This document shows positions 29,167 through 36,839 of a stretch of DNA of 64,000 bases, piece by piece. Source of the stretch: Myxococcota bacterium. Lineage in GTDB: Bacteria > Myxococcota_A > UBA9160 > UBA4427. The notes below the pieces were generated by a model, which made no database searches, was not told the origin of the DNA, and saw only the letters and a list, made by a program, of their open reading frames with translations. Location of the stretch: positions 84,463 through 148,462 of the forward strand of contig CBDCWV010000017.1 of assembly GCA_965223565.1 (NCBI GenBank). The letters run 5' to 3'. A program made the translations under genes and the position numbers. Each line of letters begins with the position of its first letter. Position 1 is the stretch's first letter.

Positions 29167-30294
29167 TCAGTCCGATTCCGAACCGACCTCCGGGCTCGCT
29201 CCCGGTCCGATGGACGCAAAGAGGTCGAGCTGGCGATCGTCGCGGCCGGCAGCCTCGAGACCCTTCAGAACGAGGCCCACTCGGCGGGTGCGGTCGATCT
29301 CGGGGACCGTGCGCTCGAGCAGACCTCGGGCCGCCCGTGTCAGCTCGTCCGCACGCGTCGCAGCCGCAGGCAGGGTGCAGCTGCGCGTGCGCGTCCTGTC
29401 GTCGGGGCCGGTCAGGCGCAGCGCGATCCGCGCCGCCTGCAGGCCGTCGCGACGCAAGGCCGCCTCGAGATTCTCGGCCAGACGCCGCAGACTCGCCTCG
29501 ATCCGCTCGCGCTCGCGACCGGCCTCGTCGGCATCCTCCAGCGTCTCCTCTCGCGAGAGCGTGTCGGGCCGGCGGCGCACCCGTAGCGGACGCGGATCGT
29601 CGCCACCCGCCAGCTGCCCGAGCACCCGCCCGTGGTTGCCCAGGAGCAGCTCGAGACGATCCTGTCCGAGCGCCCGCAGCCCGGCGACGTCACGCGCGCC
29701 CAGCTCGGCCAGGCGCGCCGCCGTCTTCGGCCCGACACCCGGTAGCCGCTCGATCGGCAAGCCCAGCAGATAGGCCTCGAACTCGTCGGGCTCGACCACC
29801 CGCACGGAATCGCGTCCCGCGTCCTGCGCCGCCAATCGCGCCGCGAAGCGAACCGGCGCGATGCCGACCCGCAATGGCAGACCGGTCCGCGTGGCGACCC
29901 GACTCGCGAGCCGCTCCGCCAGATCGACCGCTGCCTGCCGCTCGCGCGGCATCCGCAGATAGAAGCTTGCGAGCCCTTCGGTCTCGAGCGCCTCGACGAC
30001 TTCGCGAACCGCGGCGCGGAGCCTTCCGGAGGCCTCTCTCGCCAGCCGGATATCCGTCCGCACCCATTGTGCCTCCGGCTCTCGGTCGAGCACCTCCGCC
30101 ACGTGCATGCCCTCCGCGACACCACGCGCCTGGAGCACCGCACTCGCGGCCACGACCTTGCCGCGTTTGGCCGGGTCGCCACCGACGACGATCGGTCGGT
30201 CGTGCCATTCGGGATGACGCTGTCTGACCAGAGCGACGTGAAACTCGGGGACCTCGGCGAAGCCGATCGAGGTCGCGCCGCGCGCTCCCACCAT
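29167..30294 (-). CDS. Y-family DNA polymerase homolog lacking the catalytic carboxylates (ImuB-like)
   Basis: The DinB-like fold is recognisable: PIVVGGDPAKRGKVVAAS, LPIERLPGVGPKTAARL, little-finger region. Where DinB has VDMDxFFA and SLDEAYLD, this protein has AEVPEFHVA and GLASFYLR. The ATG at 30294 overlaps the stop of the upstream gene (TGATG). Confidence 0.65.
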   Translation of the reverse strand: MVGARGATSIGFAEVPEFHVALVRQRHPEWHDRPIVVGGDPAKRGKVVAASAVLQARGVAEGMHVAEVLDREPEAQWVRTDIRLAREASGRLRAAVREVVEALETEGLASFYLRMPRERQAAVDLAERLASRVATRTGLPLRVGIAPVRFAARLAAQDAGRDSVRVVEPDEFEAYLLGLPIERLPGVGPKTAARLAELGARDVAGLRALGQDRLELLLGNHGRVLGQLAGGDDPRPLRVRRRPDTLSREETLEDADEAGRERERIEASLRRLAENLEAALRRDGLQAARIALRLTGPDDRTRTRSCTLPAAATRADELTRAARGLLERTVPEIDRTRRVGLVLKGLEAAGRDDRQLDLFASIGPGASPEVGSESD

Positions 30295-32825
30295 CAGGGT
30301 GCGGGCTCCAGCACGAGCGCGTCCCAATCGCCCTCCTCGATCGCCAGGCGACTCAGCGGAAAGAGCGTCAGACGATGCTTCGACCAGCGCGTGATGCCGT
30401 CCGCGTAGTTGGGATGGCCCGGATGCTCCACCTGTCCCGGCGCCAGCGTACTCAGCATGCCGTCGGGTGCTGCCAGGTCGATTGCGAGTCGGTAGAGCGC
30501 TGCACGTTCTACGGCGAACGAGACACCGGGCCGATGTCGTGCAAAGTCGAGCGTGTGAGCGCCTCCCGGAACCGGCATGCTTTGCAGCGACTCGGAGACG
30601 ATGCCCACCTCGCGTGCGAAGGGCAGGAAGCGCAGGCGATGCAGTCCACCCCACGACCACCGCGAGCGCGTCGGGCCGAGGCGATGGTTGAGGCTGACCC
30701 AGGCAACACGCAGTCCGTCGCGCGCCGCCTCCGCCACACGTGATTGATCCGTCCAGCCACCGGCGCGCCGAAGCCGAGCGGCCTGCACGACGAGCGTCTC
30801 GATCGCCACCTGGGGCTGCACGTGGGGCACCTCGAGGTAGCGCTCGAACAGCGCCGGACCAAAGGGCTCGCGCAGGAGTGCGCCGATCAGATGATCGATC
30901 ACGAGATGATAGGCAGCCGCGCCTCCGCTCTTCGCATTCATGCGCCCATCCCAGCGTTCGAGCAGTCGCGCGATCTCGGCTGCCTCGACCGGCAGCGGAC
31001 CGGCCCGCCGTGCCATTCCGACGATCGCTGCGACCACGCGTGTCACGTCCTGCGCGCGGTCATCGAACAACAGATCCGCGGCCGCGCGCAGGTCGAGGCG
31101 ACCCGCCTCGGTTCGCTCGCGCAGTGCCGCTTCGAGCCGATCCGCCCGATCACCGGGGCGCCAGAGCCACTCGAGCTGATCGAGCCCACCGCGACCCGGC
31201 CAGGGCTGATCGAGTGCCACGATCCAGGGCGCCTCCGGCGCCGCGTCGTCCGACCCGAAGCGCATTGCCGGCAGGCGCTCGATCGGGACGCGTTCGCGCC
31301 AGTCGAAGCTCCGCAATCGACCCTGAACGGGCACCAGTCCCGTCGGCAGCGGACGATCCGCCAGCCAACCCGCGACCTGCAGGCCACCACCCCCGCGCGT
31401 ATCGGCGTAGACGATGGCCAATACCGGCTCGTGATGTTCGGCGAGCGCAGCCTCGACGCCGTCGACGTTTCGCATCCCCAACAGGCGCAACATCGACGTG
31501 ATCCCGTCACCGACGCGCGCCCCCGTCCACGCGAGGGCACGAGCGACACGCTTCGGATCGGTCTCCGCCGCGCGCAGCTCGCCGTTCGGATCCCAGAGCG
31601 ACTCGATCAGGGGACCATGGCGCGTCGAGCGGATCGCCAGCGTCCGTGTCTCGCGCTCGCCGCGCGCGTTGCGGAGGCCGAGCTCCTCGTTGCGCTCCTC
31701 GAAGGGCACCCAGAGCCGACCGTTCTGGTAGCGCCCGCGATCCTCGCGCAGCGTCTCGATGAAGAGATCCGAGATCGGCGCGCTCGCGGGCACGCTCGCC
31801 CAGGCGAAGTCGCGGTTTCGCCCGGCCCAGAAGATCGGTGAGCCGGGCATCGTCGCACCCGCCACGTCGAGCCTGCCCGCCGCCAGATGGGCTTCGTAGA
31901 ACAGCCCCGGGGCGGCGGGCTCGAAATGCCAATCCGCCATCAGCAGCGGTGCGCGGTCTTCGCTCTGCGATCCCGCCAGGACCCAGGCGCCGCCCGTCGG
32001 CGTACCGATCCCGCGACACAGGGCACGCGTCGAGCCGAGCAGTCGTTCGGCGACCGCACGTGAGCGCGCCGTCGGCGCGATGACGTGGCGCGAGACCTCG
32101 GGCGAGACGCGAAAATCGACCGACGCACGCGCTGGAAAGAAGGGCCGTGCGGATACCGCCCCGAGTCGCTGGATCAGATCGTCGAGCACGAGCGTCGTCT
32201 CGAGCGTTCCGCCGATACACCAGGACAGGAGCTTCACGACGGCGATCGAGTCGGCCGGCCGCCAATCCTCGAGCGAGTCGACGTCCCCGATCAGGTGCTT
32301 CGGTGCGGCCACGCGCGCCTCGCGGATGCGTGAGATACGCGCGTTGACGCCTTCGGCGTAGGCGAGCAATACGGCCATCGTTTCGCGCGGGAGTGCTTCG
32401 GCCGTCGCCTCGGAGGCGGCACCGATCGCGAGCACGCGCGCCAGCCGATCCGAAGCGAGTCCGGGCTCACCCATCCACTCGGCGGTCGTTCCCAACGCGC
32501 GGCGGCGCAGCCAGGCCATCTGCGCCAGGCGGTCCTGAGCGTGTGCGAAGCCGAGCGCGAAGAAGCCCTCCTGCTCGGCCTCCGCGAAGAGGTGCGGGAT
32601 GCCGCGGTCGTCGCGCAGGATCTCGATCGGCGAGTCGAGATCAGCCAGGCGGATCGTGCCCGAGACCAGCGCGAAGGACTCGCGGTCGAGGCGATCGTCC
32701 TCGCCCCATCGCCCGGCCAGCAGCAGCAATCCGACGAGCACCGCGGCCAACAGACCGAGCCGAGACACCAGCTGTCGCAACGAGGGCGACCCCACGCCCT
32801 CTCCCCTTGCCTCCTCGGCCGACAT
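30294..32825 (-). CDS. Penicillin-amidase (S45, Ntn-hydrolase) family protein with a substituted nucleophile motif
   Basis: ILRDDRGIPHLFAEAEQEGFFALGFAHAQDRLAQM is the typical S45 alpha-subunit start. The expected SN(A/M)W nucleophile site reads TGGAWVLAGS (nt about 31981-32009), and the NDPH-like block reads ADWH. N-terminal TM anchor. The ORF is open to 33071; the ATG at 32825 is preferred. Confidence 0.7.
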   Translation of the reverse strand: MSAEEARGEGVGSPSLRQLVSRLGLLAAVLVGLLLLAGRWGEDDRLDRESFALVSGTIRLADLDSPIEILRDDRGIPHLFAEAEQEGFFALGFAHAQDRLAQMAWLRRRALGTTAEWMGEPGLASDRLARVLAIGAASEATAEALPRETMAVLLAYAEGVNARISRIREARVAAPKHLIGDVDSLEDWRPADSIAVVKLLSWCIGGTLETTLVLDDLIQRLGAVSARPFFPARASVDFRVSPEVSRHVIAPTARSRAVAERLLGSTRALCRGIGTPTGGAWVLAGSQSEDRAPLLMADWHFEPAAPGLFYEAHLAAGRLDVAGATMPGSPIFWAGRNRDFAWASVPASAPISDLFIETLREDRGRYQNGRLWVPFEERNEELGLRNARGERETRTLAIRSTRHGPLIESLWDPNGELRAAETDPKRVARALAWTGARVGDGITSMLRLLGMRNVDGVEAALAEHHEPVLAIVYADTRGGGGLQVAGWLADRPLPTGLVPVQGRLRSFDWRERVPIERLPAMRFGSDDAAPEAPWIVALDQPWPGRGGLDQLEWLWRPGDRADRLEAALRERTEAGRLDLRAAADLLFDDRAQDVTRVVAAIVGMARRAGPLPVEAAEIARLLERWDGRMNAKSGGAAAYHLVIDHLIGALLREPFGPALFERYLEVPHVQPQVAIETLVVQAARLRRAGGWTDQSRVAEAARDGLRVAWVSLNHRLGPTRSRWSWGGLHRLRFLPFAREVGIVSESLQSMPVPGGAHTLDFARHRPGVSFAVERAALYRLAIDLAAPDGMLSTLAPGQVEHPGHPNYADGITRWSKHRLTLFPLSRLAIEEGDWDALVLEPAP

Positions 32826-32993
32826 CGCGCGGCGTCCCCCCTCCGACTCGGCGCGGCGCCGCGCCCGATCCCGACTCGCCCCGCGAGCGAAAAGAGGCGA
32901 CAAGTCGGGCACTTGAGAGCATACCCGAGGGCGGGTACATTGCGCGCTCCCCCGCCCCGACAACACGAGGCGATCGATCCGCGCGGACGATCG

Positions 32994-34208
32994 ATGCCCG
33001 GACGGTCCGCCAGATTGCCGATCCAATCTCTCGATTCGCTGCTCGAACGACATCCGGTCGCAGGTCGTCACGTTTTCGTGCGTGCCGACCTGAACGTGCC
33101 GCTCTCGGACGGCCGGATCGCAGACGACAGTCGCATCCGCGCGTCACTGCCGACCCTCACGCGGCTGCTCGAAGCTGGCACTCGCGTCGTTCTGGCCTCG
33201 CATCTCGGCCGACCGAAGGGCGCGCGCCGCCCCGAGCTTTCCCTCGCCGTCGTGGCCCCGGCGCTCGCCCGGGCCCTCGACGTGACCGTTCATTTCGCAG
33301 ACGACTGCGTCGGGGCGCCCGCACGCGAGGCGGCGGCCGCGCTCGCGGATGCTGAAGTGCTGCTGCTCGAGAACCTGCGCTTTCACGCCGAAGAGACCGC
33401 GAACGATCCCGCCTTCGCGCGCGCCCTCGCCGAGCTGGCCGATGTCTACGTGAACGACGCCTTCGGCACGGCCCATCGCGCCCACGCGTCGACGGCCGGC
33501 ATCGTCGAGCACGTCGCGCACGCGGCCGCGGGGCTGCTGCTCGAGCGCGAGCTCGAAGCGCTCTCGGCCGTGCTCGACCCGGAGCGCCCCTTCGTCTGCT
33601 TCCTCGGCGGCGCCAAGGTCTCGGACAAGCTCGGCGTACTCGAGGCGCTCGTCGAGCGGGCCGATACGATCGGCGTCGGCGGCGCGATGGCCTACACATT
33701 CCTGCTGGCCCGGGGCGAGTCCGTCGGCCGATCGCTCGTCGAAGGCGATCGTCTGGAGGATGCGCGACGTGTGATCGAGCGCGCCGAGCAACGCGGCTGC
33801 CGATTGCTGCTGCCGACCGATCACGTCGTGAGCGATCGCGTCGCAGCCGATGCCCCAGCCGAGACGACGCGCTCGATTCCCGACGACCGGCTCGGCGTCG
33901 ACATCGGCCCGGAGACCGCCGCGCGCTTCGCCGAGGCCGCCGCCGACGCGCGCACGATCCTCTGGAACGGGCCGATGGGCGTCTTCGAGATCGACGCCTT
34001 CGCGGCTGGCACCGAGGGCGTCGCGCGCGCCGTCGCCGACTCGCCCGCCCGAAGCATCGTCGGGGGCGGCGACTCGCTCGCCGCGGTCGCCAAGGTGGGC
34101 GTCGGCGACCGCATCTCCCACCTCTCGACCGGCGGCGGTGCCTCGCTCGAGTTCGTGCAGGGCTTGACACTCCCGGGTGTCGCCGCCCTCGAAGGAGCGA
34201 ATGCGTGA
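32994..34208 (+). CDS. pgk: Phosphoglycerate kinase
   Basis: VFVRADLNVPL, ASHLGRPKG, FLGGAKVSDK and WNGPMGVFE motifs. About 404 aa counted from the ATG at 32994. Confidence 0.9.
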   Translation: MPGRSARLPIQSLDSLLERHPVAGRHVFVRADLNVPLSDGRIADDSRIRASLPTLTRLLEAGTRVVLASHLGRPKGARRPELSLAVVAPALARALDVTVHFADDCVGAPAREAAAALADAEVLLLENLRFHAEETANDPAFARALAELADVYVNDAFGTAHRAHASTAGIVEHVAHAAAGLLLERELEALSAVLDPERPFVCFLGGAKVSDKLGVLEALVERADTIGVGGAMAYTFLLARGESVGRSLVEGDRLEDARRVIERAEQRGCRLLLPTDHVVSDRVAADAPAETTRSIPDDRLGVDIGPETAARFAEAAADARTILWNGPMGVFEIDAFAAGTEGVARAVADSPARSIVGGGDSLAAVAKVGVGDRISHLSTGGGASLEFVQGLTLPGVAALEGANA

Positions 34209-34999
34209 TGCGCCCCTTCGTCTGCGCCAACTGGAAGATGCATCTCACGCCGAGCGAGGCCGAGCGGTTCGCAGCGGATTTCCTCGCGCGCATCGCGACC
34301 CACTCGGCCGCGCTCGCCGATCGTGTCGACGTCGCGATCGCCCCGGCCCATCCCGCGCTCGATCGTCTGGGTCGCGCACTCGCCTCGAGCGCCGTCACGC
34401 TCGCGGCGCAGAACGTGCACGCCGACGAGGCCGGCGCGTTCACTGGCGAGGTCTCGCGCGCCATGCTCGAGGATCTCGGCTGCCGCTACGCGCTGGTCGG
34501 CCATAGCGAGCGACGGCAGCTCTTCGGCGAACGCGACGCCGTCGTCGCCGCGAAGGCGAAGCGGCTCTGGGGCTCGCCGGTCTGCCCGATCCTCTGTGTC
34601 GGCGAGACCCTCGACGAACGCGAACACGACGCGACCTTCGAGGTCGTTGCTGCCCAGCTCTCGAGCGTGCTCGACGTGGTCCTCCCCGAGGACGGCAATG
34701 CTGCCGCGCTTGGCGCCGACTGGGTCGTCGCCTACGAGCCCGTCTGGGCGATCGGTACGGGGCGGACGGCGACACCCGAGATTGCCCAGGAAGTCCACGC
34801 GGCGATCCGGCGTCTACTCGTCGACCGGCTCGGCCCACGCGGCGATGAGATCCGCATCCTGTACGGGGGCTCGGTCAAGCCGTCGAATGCGAAAGAGCTA
34901 CTCTCGCAGCCCGATGTGAACGGTGCCCTCGTCGGCGGGGCCAGCCTCGATCCCGAGGACTTTACGAATATCGTGCTTGCCAGTCTGGAGACTTCCTAG
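34205..34999 (+). CDS. tpiA: Triosephosphate isomerase
   Basis: ANWKMH, VGHSERR and AYEPVWAIGTG motifs. The start overlaps the pgk stop (GTGATG). Confidence 0.9.
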   Translation: MMRPFVCANWKMHLTPSEAERFAADFLARIATHSAALADRVDVAIAPAHPALDRLGRALASSAVTLAAQNVHADEAGAFTGEVSRAMLEDLGCRYALVGHSERRQLFGERDAVVAAKAKRLWGSPVCPILCVGETLDEREHDATFEVVAAQLSSVLDVVLPEDGNAAALGADWVVAYEPVWAIGTGRTATPEIAQEVHAAIRRLLVDRLGPRGDEIRILYGGSVKPSNAKELLSQPDVNGALVGGASLDPEDFTNIVLASLETS

Positions 35000-35578
35000 G
35001 TGGAGACCTTCCTCTACGCGCTTCATTTCATCGTCTGCTTCGTCTTGATCGGCGTCGTCCTACTCCAGCGCGGCAAGGGGGCGGACCTCGGCGCCTCGCT
35101 GGGCGGTGGCAGCGCGAACACGATCTTCGGCAGCCGGGGTGCAGGCAACTTCCTGACCAAGATCACGACGGCGAGCGCGATCGTCTTCATGGCCACCTCG
35201 CTCTCGCTCTCCTACCTGGGCTACAAGGCCTCCGACGTCCAGCTCTTCGACGAGACCGAGCCCTTCGAGCTGCCGACCGGCGGTGCCTCGCCGGGAGAAG
35301 ACGAAGCCGGCGGCCTCCAGGCCGTCCCGGACGAGGCGGGACTGCAGGAGGTCGAGGACGGCGCCGGGCTGGTCGAGATCCCGGCTGCGGCTGCCGTCGA
35401 GTCCGCTGCCACGGAGGCGGCCGATGGGGTCGATGCAGCCGTGGCGCGGGGCGCCGAGGCGGTGGATGCAGCCGTGACGAGGGGAGCCGAGGCCGTCGAG
35501 GCCGCGGTGGTGGAGGGGACCGAGGCCGTTGAGACCGCGATCGACGACGCCGTCGCGGATCCCGCGGCGACCCCCTGA
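35000..35578 (+). CDS. secG: Preprotein translocase subunit SecG with an approximately 110-aa acidic, Ala-rich C-terminal extension
   Basis: FVLIGVVLLQRGKGADLGASLGGGSANTIFGSRGAGNFLTK is the SecG core. The GTG start directly follows the tpiA TAG. The pgk-tpiA-secG-tRNA-Leu(GAG) order matches the known E. coli secG-leuU adjacency. Confidence 0.85.
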   Translation: METFLYALHFIVCFVLIGVVLLQRGKGADLGASLGGGSANTIFGSRGAGNFLTKITTASAIVFMATSLSLSYLGYKASDVQLFDETEPFELPTGGASPGEDEAGGLQAVPDEAGLQEVEDGAGLVEIPAAAAVESAATEAADGVDAAVARGAEAVDAAVTRGAEAVEAAVVEGTEAVETAIDDAVADPAATP

Positions 35579-35682
35579 CCCGCGCGACGAATCCGGCCAC
35601 CAGATCACCCGAGCGGCCCGCAGCGGCCATCACCACGCCCCTGGGCGGTCCTTCGCGCCTTCGTTATGATGCGCGCCCGCGT

Positions 35683-35769
35683 GCGGCGGTGGCGGAATTG
35701 GTAGACGCGCCAGCTTGAGGGGCTGGTGGGCTTCGGCCCGTGGAAGTTCGAGTCTTCTTCGCCGCACCA
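35683..35769 (+). tRNA. tRNA-Leu (anticodon GAG), long variable arm, CCA encoded
   Basis: Folded by hand. Acceptor GCGGCGG/TCGCCGC (one G-U pair), D-arm GCG-GAATTGGTAGA-CGC, anticodon stem CCAGC/GCTGG with loop TTGAGGG, long variable arm, T-arm GGAAG-TTCGAGT-CTTCT, A plus CCA. Confidence 0.85.
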
Positions 35770-35867
35770 TTACTCTTCGCGCTCCCTGACGACCAGCCAC
35801 CTCACCCCAGCTATCGGGTGCCAGCCCTCGTGCAGGTCGCGGCGCGACGATCAGGCAGCCGATCTAC

Positions 35868-36839
35868 TCACTCCGCCCGCTGCGCGAGCGTATCCGTTCT
35901 CGTTGCTCCGGCCTCCGAGCCTGCGCGAAGGAACGACCACAGGGCCTCGATCTCGAGGTCGCTCAAGCCGGCGAAGGCGGGCCACGGCATGTATTCGCGA
36001 TCGAGGACGCGGCCGTCGGGCGTGCGCCCTGCGCGCATCGCGACGGCGAAGTCCGTGACGGTCCAGCCCGGCAGGCTGCCCGCGCCGACGAGGCTCGGGG
36101 GCTCGGGCTCGTCGGGGAGTGCGAGCGGATGCAGACCGCCGCGCAGATCGGCCTTGTGGCAGATCCGACAATTTCCGAGCTCGACGAGATAGGCGCCATA
36201 GGCGGGATCGGCAGCGGGTCGTAATGCCACGCGGCGTCCCTCGGCCGTCGCCACGTCGTGGGCCGAGAAGATGTCCCGTACGCCGCCCAATGCAATCGCC
36301 AGACGGGTCACGGGACCGAAGCGCGACTGGCGCGGCATCCGATCCACGGGGGGCACCTGGCGCAGGTAGGCGATCAGCGCCGCCAGGTCCGCGTCGGTGA
36401 TCCGCGACAGATGCCGCGACGGCATCAGAAGGAGCGAACGTCCGTCCGCGCGGACCCCGAAGCGAATCGCGCGCACCCAGTCTTCGGTGCTGAAGCGACG
36501 CGCGATGCCGCCCTCGCCCGCCGTGAGATTCGTCGAATCGAGTCGGCCGATCCAGAAATCGTCGGCGGCTTCACGCCCGCCGAGATCCGATCCATGACAG
36601 AATTGACACTGGCTGACGATCGTCGCCAGGTGTCGACCGCGCTCGACCTGCTCGGGCGAGCCGTCGACGACCGCGCGGAGCGTCGCCGGGGGAATCGGGT
36701 AGCGCTTCGCAAAGACGCGCTCGCTCGCCAGGTAGACCGCGATCCCACCGATCGCGACCGACGCGCTCGCGAGGCCGAGTCCGATCCCCATTCGTCGCAG
36801 CCAGCGCGCGTCGAACGTGCGCGGACGGCGCACGCTCAT
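35868..36839 (-). CDS. Membrane-anchored di-haem cytochrome c
   Basis: Two CxxCH motifs (CQFCHG, CRICHK) and an N-terminal TM helix GIGLGLASASVAIGGIAVYL. The ATG overlaps the stop of the upstream gene (ATGA at 36836-36839). Confidence 0.75.
   Translation of the reverse strand: MSVRRPRTFDARWLRRMGIGLGLASASVAIGGIAVYLASERVFAKRYPIPPATLRAVVDGSPEQVERGRHLATIVSQCQFCHGSDLGGREAADDFWIGRLDSTNLTAGEGGIARRFSTEDWVRAIRFGVRADGRSLLLMPSRHLSRITDADLAALIAYLRQVPPVDRMPRQSRFGPVTRLAIALGGVRDIFSAHDVATAEGRRVALRPAADPAYGAYLVELGNCRICHKADLRGGLHPLALPDEPEPPSLVGAGSLPGWTVTDFAVAMRAGRTPDGRVLDREYMPWPAFAGLSDLEIEALWSFLRAGSEAGATRTDTLAQRAE

Noticed and set aside
33157-34464. 435-aa minus-strand ORF and other Arg-rich ORFs overlapping pgk/tpiA
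   Set aside because: These are extremely Arg-rich (RRRRxR runs) with no motifs, and they sit opposite two unmistakable glycolytic genes. They are a GC artefact.
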